The position numbers and the translations under genes are program-made. 64,000 nt of DNA, taken from IMG/VR virus record IMGVR_UViG_3300034682_000176, positions 160,811 to 224,810 of that record, one strand, 5' to 3'. Under the pieces are notes generated by a model. The model ran no database searches, had not been told where the DNA came from, and saw only the letters and a list, made by a program, of their open reading frames with translations. Numbering within the stretch: the stretch's first letter is position 1; each line of letters starts with the position of its first letter. Shown one piece after another: positions 9,634 through 17,278 of this stretch.

Positions 9634-10008
9634 ATGGAGAGCGTGATCAGTGCGAAAGTGAAAAAGGCGATAGAACTGTTCGATGGGTTTGACCTTCACA
9701 ACCGTGACGACCAAATCGATCTGATGGCAGCGGTGACGTTCTTGCGATTGAAAGATCCAGAACGTGTGAAACCGCTGATGATGGTGGGTGCTCGGCTGTA
9801 CGCTGCTTATTTCAATGCCCGGTTGGAAAAGCTTTCGGTCAAACCCGAAGACAATAGCGATTACGCCAATTGTCTGCGCAAGTCGTTTGCCGAGCAAGAC
9901 ATCGGTCAAGCCAACCAAGTCTTGACAGATATGTTGAGACCACCCAAACCGACTTGGGGTCAGCTGATAGCTAAACCAACAATGTTTAGCGTGTGGCTGA
10001 ATAGCTAA
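9634..10008 (+). CDS. Hypothetical protein (paralog of next gene)
   Basis: AGGAG RBS; shares D-x2-N-x-D-D..AA..L.L..P pattern with 10019-10369. Confidence 0.75.
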   Translation: MESVISAKVKKAIELFDGFDLHNRDDQIDLMAAVTFLRLKDPERVKPLMMVGARLYAAYFNARLEKLSVKPEDNSDYANCLRKSFAEQDIGQANQVLTDMLRPPKPTWGQLIAKPTMFSVWLNS

Positions 10009-10018
10009 GGAGTCTGTT

Positions 10019-10369
10019 ATGCACACCCCTGCCTACCAATGTGCGATGGCTCAGCTGAACCAGCTGGACCCTTCCAACATCGAAGACCTGTACCAGATGG
10101 TAGCGGCGTGTGTAGCAATCGGTCTGACTCACCCTCAGAAATCGATGATCTTAACCGGCATTACCGGTGTGTATATCGAGATAATGCGTCAACGCCGTGT
10201 CTACCGCTGGCACGGTGGGTCGTTTGGTGTCCACATCAACTACATCAAACTGCTTGAGCGCATCCACGACCGCATCGACCAAGATGCCGTGATTCGTCGT
10301 GTCCCGATGATGCGCCGGGCTATGGAACGCATCCAGTTCTTTAAGTCCCTTGATGACGATTTCACGTGA
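10019..10369 (+). CDS. Hypothetical protein (paralog of previous gene)
   Basis: AAGGAG RBS; see previous gene. Confidence 0.75.
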   Translation: MHTPAYQCAMAQLNQLDPSNIEDLYQMVAACVAIGLTHPQKSMILTGITGVYIEIMRQRRVYRWHGGSFGVHINYIKLLERIHDRIDQDAVIRRVPMMRRAMERIQFFKSLDDDFT

Positions 10370-10507
10370 AACATCTCTCTACAGATGGCTTTGGCTGTCT
10401 GTAGAGAGGTATATTTTTTACAAAACTGTGAGGACACCGCATCCTTTAAGTTTAGATGTGGGTATACCACACCTGTGTTTGTAACCGTTCGTAAAAGGAA
10501 AGTCATA

Positions 10508-10930
10508 ATGACTAAGTTCCGTGTTTGGCTGTACTCGTTGTTTGAGCCTGTCCTGCTCAACTTTCTGATGCTGACCTTTCCTGGTGTCCGCCAGGATACG
10601 GTCCACTCTCTGATCACAGGGGCATCGGAAGAGCCTGAGCAAAAACCACGTGGTGGTGATTTGCAATCGATCTACAACAACGCTCGCAATCCGCAAGCGT
10701 CGTTTCGGATCTTTCACCTGCGGGTCAAGTACTTTGGATGGGATATCAACCACGCGTTGAAAACACCGGATCGCAAAGATGAGATCCGTGTGGCTGGGTA
10801 CGTCTACAATCTGCGGGAAATTTTCAACAACGCTCCCATGAAGAAGATCAGCTACCACACGTTCCACCGACGTGTGACTCAACAAGGCTGGGACCCTCGT
10901 AAGGCGTTGGAAACTCCTCCAAACAAGTAA
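10508..10930 (+). CDS. RV..GWD..A.TP module protein (2 modules), putative nucleic-acid binding
   Basis: SFRIFHLRVKYFGWDINHALKTP and SYHTFHRRVTQQGWDPRKALETP; AAGGAA RBS. Confidence 0.8.
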   Translation: MTKFRVWLYSLFEPVLLNFLMLTFPGVRQDTVHSLITGASEEPEQKPRGGDLQSIYNNARNPQASFRIFHLRVKYFGWDINHALKTPDRKDEIRVAGYVYNLREIFNNAPMKKISYHTFHRRVTQQGWDPRKALETPPNK

Positions 10931-11091
10931 ACCACGTTTGTGGCTGTATAGACCATGAAAACCTTGAGTGTCCAGCCATCACCACCGCCTCCCGATATGG
11001 GTAGGCGGTGGTGATATTTGTTTCATAGGTCTTTATATGCGGTGACTGTCTAACGCTGTACAGACCCCTTTTCCACTTTTGAAAGATTGTT

Positions 11092-11841
11092 ATGCTAGAC
11101 TTTTTCTCCTTCTCCAAGTTCTTGACGATCTTGAACCTGTGTGCAGCTTTGCTGATTGGTGTTGCCATCGGTGTTTACATTGGTTACCACAATGGTCGGC
11201 GGTCTCGCAACCATTACGTCGAGAAAGCTTACCGTTACGCCACTGCGGTTGAAGAGTTCAGTCAGTGGTGTGCGCATATGCACCCAGCATACCGTTTGAT
11301 TGCACGCCAGCTGCGTGCGGTCGGTGAAGGCGAAGCACTCAACGCTGGTTCTCCAGCTGGCTCTGAACCCTGCACTGTGAGTGGTTTGCGAACACAATTG
11401 GAACGCTTGGCCAATCTGTCCAAGAACCCTGAATACATGATCAATGAAGCTTTGCAGAAACTACGCTTCAAGATCGAAGGCATGCAAGACCAACGCAAAA
11501 ACAAGCGTGGTGGTGGAATCGATGCCGGCAGCGCCGTGATCACCAAAACCGACGTGCAAGACGCCATCACATCTGTGGCGCAAGAGCTGTTCATCAACCG
11601 CATGATCGACCAACACACTGCAGCTGAATTGGCTATCCCACAAGACCAGCTGCACCGCTTTGACGCTTTGACCCTACTCAAGCGCAAGGTCGAACGTCGC
11701 ACTGGTCAAAACTTCAACTTCATGGGTAAGCGAACTACTTATATTGCTAAGGACCAAGTGTTGGAGCTGATTGATGATGCGCTGGACCACGCCAGCTTCA
11801 AGCAACCGCAAAATCAGCAAGGTGTGACCCACTCTTCGTAA
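11092..11841 (+). CDS. Hypothetical membrane-anchored protein
   Basis: N-terminal hydrophobic helix followed by basic residues; two related C-terminal segments. Confidence 0.75.
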   Translation: MLDFFSFSKFLTILNLCAALLIGVAIGVYIGYHNGRRSRNHYVEKAYRYATAVEEFSQWCAHMHPAYRLIARQLRAVGEGEALNAGSPAGSEPCTVSGLRTQLERLANLSKNPEYMINEALQKLRFKIEGMQDQRKNKRGGGIDAGSAVITKTDVQDAITSVAQELFINRMIDQHTAAELAIPQDQLHRFDALTLLKRKVERRTGQNFNFMGKRTTYIAKDQVLELIDDALDHASFKQPQNQQGVTHSS

Positions 11842-11909
11842 AAATTAAATACATTTGCATATTCTGCGAAGAGCAAAACTGCTCCAACCATCCACAAGAA
11901 GAACACTTC

Positions 11910-12179
11910 ATGAACGAACTGTTTTACCTCATTACCATCGCCTTGATTGTTCGGCTCACGCCAAGCAACGGTGTTGTGGGACTCATCTGCGACAACCGTG
12001 CAGAGTCGTTCAGCTTGCTGCCACAAACTCCCTTTGTGGAGTACGGCATGCAGCAGACTTTCTGCACTTTGTACAACCTTACCCGCTCCCGTTTTTCGCT
12101 TGTCAAAAAGCTTCTTCCTACCAATCTGGGTGATACCGACGCCTCGAAGTCACGAAAGTGTCTTGTGTACGTTTGTTAG
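11910..12179 (+). CDS. Small hypothetical protein
   Basis: 89-aa ORF, weak RBS. Confidence 0.4.
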   Translation: MNELFYLITIALIVRLTPSNGVVGLICDNRAESFSLLPQTPFVEYGMQQTFCTLYNLTRSRFSLVKKLLPTNLGDTDASKSRKCLVYVC

Positions 12180-12303
12180 TTATCTTACACCACCACCGTC
12201 CAATGTACCCCGTCCATTTCGTGTAAATTGCGAGGACGCACAGTGCTGCACCACCATCCGCTCCTGGAGGGCGGATGGTGGGCAGACTGGTTTATGCTTT
12301 ACT

Positions 12304-13926
12304 TTATGCCGTCATGAAAGCCAAAGTGGCATCCAAGATGTCGGTGCTGTTGCTGAAACGGATCTTGCGTTCGTTGTCCAGGTAGTAGGCTTTGTTTTTC
12401 AAAAGCTTGCGCACCTCTTCGATGGCTTCGTCCGACAGCACAGCTTGCAGCGACATGGTGTCACCGTCAAAGTCAGCACCTAGCAAAGCCATGTGAGACT
12501 GGTGAACGATCAAGCCGTTCACAAATGTGCTGTCCTTGTCGGGGAAGCTATGAAGCACTTCATCCGTGGGGTTCCACTGTTCATCCAGCTCCCGCACTTG
12601 CTTGTACTTGACTGTGGTGAACAGCTTCATGAACGCCGGGTAGATACCACCATAACCCTGGATGGGGTAGCGGGTCACAAACCCTGGCAACTTGCCGGAC
12701 AAGCGCGCCACACTCAGGTACAGCAGTTCCGTCATGGTGATCGGGGCTACGTGCTTTTTGTCCAAGTGTGCTGGCAGGTCACGGATGTCCTGGAAGAACT
12801 TCACGTACTTGCCGTCGTTGTACAGCAGTCCCATGCAGTGCTTGGAGCGGTTGGTAAACACGGGCAGGTGACGAGTGTCTTGCCGTGCGAAGTTGGCAAT
12901 CACGGTCTCCAAGCCGTCGGTGGTCATCCAGCGATCGTAGTCCTTTTGGACGTGGCTGTTGAGGACTTCTTCCTTTTGCCAGGTCTTGAGGTTGGTCATG
13001 TAGGCAAAGGTGTTGTTCTCGCTGAACACCTGTTGCACATAACGGGTACGGATCTCGAACAACGTCTTAGGAGACGCGGCACGCAAGAACTGGTGCAGAC
13101 CGACACCGATGTCGTTCATACAGACCCGGTTGGGGTCAGAGATGTGGGTGGGCTCGTTGACCGAAGCCGTGATCACGTTTCGGGTCGAGTTGAACGTCTT
13201 GCGACTGAGCCACTTCCCCAGGATCAGTTTGTGCTTGCCTTCCAGCAGGCTTTGGATGTAGTCGTACAGCTCCAGAATACTCTTTTGCAGGTTGCTGTAG
13301 ACATTGTCGTAGGAGTAAGGTGTGCGTCGTGCGATGTCGGCATCCACCAGCTGAGACTGCGCAAGGATGCGGCGGTAGAAGGTGTTGACTTCATCTTCTT
13401 CCGGCTTACCGTTCGGGCTGATGGTGTAGTCCCGCAAACCGGCCGGCATGACCAACATGTAGCGCAGCAAGTGCTTGTCCTCACCGACGGCCTTGTTGAA
13501 GAACTTGATGTTCTCGGTACGCTTGTCTGAAGCATTGGACTCAAAGCTCAAATCCGCCACGTGCTTCAAAAAGAACGTGTAGCCAGTTTGTGCGGTGGGT
13601 TCGTTGCTCTTTTCAAACTGACGCAGTTTGGGATTCCAGATGGCGGAGATCGAGCCATCCATGATGCCTTTGTAAAAAGACTTCAAGGTGATGATGGTCT
13701 TGTACACCAAGGGGTGCAAGATGGGGTAGCGCAGATCGATGTAGCCAAACATGCGGGTGCGATGCTCGCTGCCAATCGGACCAAAGATCTGGGTCGAGAA
13801 CAAACCATCTTGGTGGAAGTTGCTACCCTGACCAAAGATCTGCAGCTCCTTGATCTGACCCAAGCGCGATAGGTCAGAATCCTTGACACGCAACAGCGCG
13901 ATGTTAACCGGTGGGAGTGAAGACAT
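12304..13926 (-). CDS. Virion RNA polymerase beta' N-terminal subunit (phiKZ gp180-like)
   Basis: GLFSTQIFG, VMPAGLRD, TRYP and catalytic GADFDGD motif; 540 aa. Confidence 0.9.
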   Translation of the reverse strand: MSSLPPVNIALLRVKDSDLSRLGQIKELQIFGQGSNFHQDGLFSTQIFGPIGSEHRTRMFGYIDLRYPILHPLVYKTIITLKSFYKGIMDGSISAIWNPKLRQFEKSNEPTAQTGYTFFLKHVADLSFESNASDKRTENIKFFNKAVGEDKHLLRYMLVMPAGLRDYTISPNGKPEEDEVNTFYRRILAQSQLVDADIARRTPYSYDNVYSNLQKSILELYDYIQSLLEGKHKLILGKWLSRKTFNSTRNVITASVNEPTHISDPNRVCMNDIGVGLHQFLRAASPKTLFEIRTRYVQQVFSENNTFAYMTNLKTWQKEEVLNSHVQKDYDRWMTTDGLETVIANFARQDTRHLPVFTNRSKHCMGLLYNDGKYVKFFQDIRDLPAHLDKKHVAPITMTELLYLSVARLSGKLPGFVTRYPIQGYGGIYPAFMKLFTTVKYKQVRELDEQWNPTDEVLHSFPDKDSTFVNGLIVHQSHMALLGADFDGDTMSLQAVLSDEAIEEVRKLLKNKAYYLDNERKIRFSNSTDILDATLAFMTA

Positions 13927-13956
13927 GTCGAAGCTCTCAAGATAGGATTAAAGGGT

Positions 13957-13965
13957 TCACAAAAT
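13957..13965 (-). promoter_or_regulatory. Putative late promoter ATnnTnTGA
   Basis: attttgtga about 30 nt upstream of the vRNAP beta' start. Confidence 0.5.
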
Positions 13966-14069
13966 CTAACCGACAGTGTGGTAAGACAAGTCAGGACTTG
14001 TCGAAGTGCTATTGTTTTTTCAAAATTATTGTACCTCTATGATGGGAGACTCGTTTGACCTGTATTTGG

Positions 14070-14080
14070 TTACATATATA
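14070..14080 (+). promoter_or_regulatory. Putative early promoter TTACATATATA
   Basis: Recurrent motif at the head of the module-protein operon. Confidence 0.65.
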
Positions 14081-14130
14081 GATCACGATGCGTACTGTCA
14101 ACCACAACCTTTCACGGAAGGAACCTCTCT

Positions 14131-14310
14131 ATGTCTTCTACCACCACCGTCCCAGCCGCTTCCGGCTCTCAAGCGCTCAGCGCCTACGAAACCCTCTACC
14201 AACTCCATGTAGAGAAACCGCAACCTTCAGCGGAACCCAAAAACGTTGCGGCGACCCAACAGCCGCGCGCCGTCCTGCGTCGTCGCTATCGTCGTACGGT
14301 GACCCGCTAA
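14131..14310 (+). CDS. 59-aa peptide with Arg-rich C-terminus (not in ORF track)
   Basis: GGAAGGAA RBS; MSSTTTVPAASGSQALSAYETLYQLHVEKPQPSAEPKNVAATQQPRAVLRRRYRRTVTR*. Confidence 0.65.
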   Translation: MSSTTTVPAASGSQALSAYETLYQLHVEKPQPSAEPKNVAATQQPRAVLRRRYRRTVTR

Positions 14311-14338
14311 TTCCTGGGGATGTAATTCCTATAGCAAC

Positions 14339-14540
14339 ATAACCTATCAGTAAGCCTCAGGACTCTTGTCCGGGCTGTGATATCACGCTGCGTTTAACAC
14401 GCAGACCACATTGACAGTACGCGCACCGGGGTGCTTGACTCTTACGCAGGTCTGCACCCCACCCATCACAATCGAGCATCCGTATAGCGACTATGTCGGT
14501 CGTCGGAGTCTAGGTTGTTTCACTGTTTAGAGGGCAGTGA
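14339..14540 (+). ncRNA. Candidate structured RNA / cis-regulatory element
   Basis: Closing stem 14339-14346/14511-14518 encloses at least five helices; followed by the tcactg/cagtga hairpin. Confidence 0.5.
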
Positions 14541-14568
14541 GCCGTTAGTAACAAAAAGGAGTATCAAC

Positions 14569-15327
14569 GTGAGAGCACCGGTTAATCAAGAGCTGATTAA
14601 AAGCTATCATCAATTCAACACCAAGAACGTGCCGCTGAGCGTGTTCTTGATGCGTGTCAACAATCTGCGCTGGGACGTCAAAAGAGCTGGCGAAACCCCT
14701 TACGTACCACGAACGGGCGGGCTTGTTGCACAATACAAAGAACTCTACGATCGCATCGAATCTCCAACTGTGGGGTTCGATGTGTTCTGCCGCCGAATGC
14801 GCAACGGCCGTGATGTCGAAGAAGCAGCCAAAGCTCCGAAGATTGAACCTTCTGAGCTGTACAGCTACTACCACCAATACCAAGACAAACCAGCGGTAGG
14901 GTACACCACCTTCTTTAACCGCGTGGTGTCTTTGAATTGGGAGCGCATCAAAGCCATCACCACACCACCGACGCGCAAAATGAAACCGCGCAAAGAGGTA
15001 CGTTCCAACACGTACCTGGCCATGTGGTTCAACAAAAACATTGAACGCGCCAAAGTCGATTGGAGCTGTTTTTCCCAACGTGTCTTCAAAGGCGGGTGGG
15101 ACAAAGAAAGAGCTCTGACGACACCTTCCATGGCCGAGAATGAATCTCAGCTGCGCGCCTTCTACAACCAACACCCTGACTGTCCAGTCAACTACATGAC
15201 GTTCCACCGTCGTGTGTATGCCCTGGGGTGGGATATGCAGCGTGCAATCTCTACCCCAGTTCGTGACAACACCCGTTCGCAGCGTGAGCGCGTCGTTGTG
15301 AGTTCCCGACCATCCAAGTACAACTAA
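14569..15327 (+). CDS. Tandem module protein (5 modules), putative DNA/RNA binding
   Basis: AAAAGGAG RBS with GTG start; five V.[FYW]..F..R[VM]...[W]D...A..TP units. Confidence 0.85.
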   Translation: MRAPVNQELIKSYHQFNTKNVPLSVFLMRVNNLRWDVKRAGETPYVPRTGGLVAQYKELYDRIESPTVGFDVFCRRMRNGRDVEEAAKAPKIEPSELYSYYHQYQDKPAVGYTTFFNRVVSLNWERIKAITTPPTRKMKPRKEVRSNTYLAMWFNKNIERAKVDWSCFSQRVFKGGWDKERALTTPSMAENESQLRAFYNQHPDCPVNYMTFHRRVYALGWDMQRAISTPVRDNTRSQRERVVVSSRPSKYN

Positions 15328-15350
15328 TCCACCCCGTAAAGCGTATAGTC

Positions 15351-15818
15351 ATGACCACTACTTTGCGTATTTTGAAGACCGCTCCTTACATCACACCCAT
15401 CGAACAACTGTTGCGTGAGTATCAAGAATTTGCCAACCTGAGTCTTCCCAAAGACGTCTACATCAGCCGTGGTGGTGTTCAAGCCAAAACACCTCAGTTG
15501 AGTGCTGCCAGCTACATCCCTGACAGTCTGGAAGACCGTTCGCTACTCAAGCAGTTTGAACAGATCGAAGGACGTGTCGTAGATTTTGGCACCTTCCGCC
15601 GCCGTGTGCGCGGCGGTATGGAAACCATGCCAGCAGCCAAGACTCCGCTGCGCAAACGCAATCGTTCGTCCTACCAGAGCCACAACAAAAGTGGCATTCG
15701 TCTGGCGTACGAGCATGCTCCATCGACTCCGGCCGTTCCATTCAGCACGTACTACGTGCGTGTGAAAGTGCTGAGCTGGCCTATCCAAAAAGCTCTGTAC
15801 ACCCCTTTGCATCATTGA
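15351..15818 (+). CDS. Tandem module protein (2 modules plus 1 degenerate)
   Basis: VDFGTFRRRVRGGME..AAKTP; VPFSTYYVRVKVLSWPIQKALYTP. Confidence 0.8.
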   Translation: MTTTLRILKTAPYITPIEQLLREYQEFANLSLPKDVYISRGGVQAKTPQLSAASYIPDSLEDRSLLKQFEQIEGRVVDFGTFRRRVRGGMETMPAAKTPLRKRNRSSYQSHNKSGIRLAYEHAPSTPAVPFSTYYVRVKVLSWPIQKALYTPLHH

Positions 15819-15834
15819 CCCCTTTGTTTTTGAA

Positions 15835-16182
15835 ATGAGTATGTTGGACCAACCCACACCACAAATCGACAAGACCACTTTTAAGTCTCCGAAAGACATT
15901 CGGGAACAACTGGAGCAAATCTATCGTGACCATCCCAATCCACCGATTCCATACTCGGTGTTTTACTCGCGTGTGCAGTACCTGGGTTGGGACGTCATCA
16001 GTGCGTTGACCACGGCCATTGCCAAGGAGTTCAGCCATCGCCCACGTGGCGAGATCCGTCAGTTCTACGACGACAATGTAGCGCGCGCTCAAGTCAACCT
16101 GAACGTATACAACGGTCGGGTGCGTATGGGTGGTTGGGACAAAGAAAAAGCGTTGACGACACCTGTTGGCGCTCGTGCTTGA
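15835..16182 (+). CDS. Tandem module protein (2 modules)
   Basis: IPYSVFYSRVQYLGWDVISALTT; VNLNVYNGRVRMGGWDKEKALTTP. Confidence 0.8.
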   Translation: MSMLDQPTPQIDKTTFKSPKDIREQLEQIYRDHPNPPIPYSVFYSRVQYLGWDVISALTTAIAKEFSHRPRGEIRQFYDDNVARAQVNLNVYNGRVRMGGWDKEKALTTPVGARA

Positions 16183-16200
16183 TATAAAAAGGAGTTTCAG

Positions 16201-17202
16201 ATGAGTCAGAAAAAACCATCTCAGTACAACCGTGATGAGTTGATCAACTACTACAACAAAGTAGACAACCCAGCGGTACCGCTGGGTCGCTTCTTGCAAC
16301 GGGTCAGCCAAAGCGGCTGGACCTTGGAGCGTGCAGCCACTGCTACGGCTTACCGCAGCGGTGGTACTGCCCACCGCTGTACCGAGTACTACAACGCAGT
16401 TCCTCCAGAGGAGCGCGGTGTGACGTTCGATACGTTCTACAGCCGTGTGATGCGGGGGTGGGACATGCACCGCGCTGCCCGTGAAAAGCCACGGGAAAAA
16501 GCAGCACCCTACCGTGAGTTCTACGACAAACACCCCAACCCCCAAGTGGACTTCGCCATTTTTTATGTGCGGGTCCACTCCAACAATTGGGAACTAGAGC
16601 GCGCCATTACCACACCGGTCGTACCTATGGCCGATGGTCGTGACTGGTGCCAGGAACGGGTGTTCTACGAAGCCAACCGCCATCGCGCCAAGGTTGATCT
16701 GGCCTTGTTCCACAACCGCGTGAAAATGCGCAAGTGGGACATGGAAACTGCATTGGTCACACCGAAGCGTGACAGCGCAACGCGAAACGAAAGCCTGCGC
16801 AGCTACTTTGACAACCACCCCAATCCACAAGTCAGCTACAAGACTTTTGTCAGCCGTGCGGGTCGTGGTGGTTGGACCAAAGAGTCAGCCATCACAGCCC
16901 AGCCACGTCCAGTGACAGCCCGTCGTAACGGCGCCAAGTCGGACATGCCTTTGACACCTCGTCAGCAACGCTTTGCCGATGCGCGGGAGTTCTTCAAAGA
17001 GCACAAGGACTTGGCGGTTGTGGATGTGCAAACGTTCTTGCGTCGTGTGTGTTCAGACAACTGGGACCCAATGCAGGCCATCACTACCGAACTGGCGGAC
17101 ACCAAACCCACACGGGCTGAAACTGGTGCAATGACCAATTCGTTGCAATCGGCATTCATGAACTTCTGTCGTCCGGCTGTGTCGTCATCAGCTCACTCAT
17201 AA
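16201..17202 (+). CDS. Tandem module protein (6 modules)
   Basis: AAAAGGAGTTTCAG RBS; six modules, e.g. VDFAIFYVRVHSNNWELERAITTP. Confidence 0.85.
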   Translation: MSQKKPSQYNRDELINYYNKVDNPAVPLGRFLQRVSQSGWTLERAATATAYRSGGTAHRCTEYYNAVPPEERGVTFDTFYSRVMRGWDMHRAAREKPREKAAPYREFYDKHPNPQVDFAIFYVRVHSNNWELERAITTPVVPMADGRDWCQERVFYEANRHRAKVDLALFHNRVKMRKWDMETALVTPKRDSATRNESLRSYFDNHPNPQVSYKTFVSRAGRGGWTKESAITAQPRPVTARRNGAKSDMPLTPRQQRFADAREFFKEHKDLAVVDVQTFLRRVCSDNWDPMQAITTELADTKPTRAETGAMTNSLQSAFMNFCRPAVSSSAHS

Positions 17203-17278
17203 TTGACTGTCAGCCATCTAAGCGTCCTCACGGATGCTTAGATGGTTTGATGTCACATTTGACTAAGGGGTATTTTTT

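Noticed and set aside
14006-14342. ORF-track ORFs 14006-14212 and 14088-14342
   Set aside because: Neither has an RBS. The third frame (14131-14310) has an RBS and better codon usage.
14569-17202. CRISPR-like or DNA-level repeat array
   Set aside because: The repetition is at the protein level with diverged codons. No identical nucleotide repeats with spacers were seen here or elsewhere in the window.
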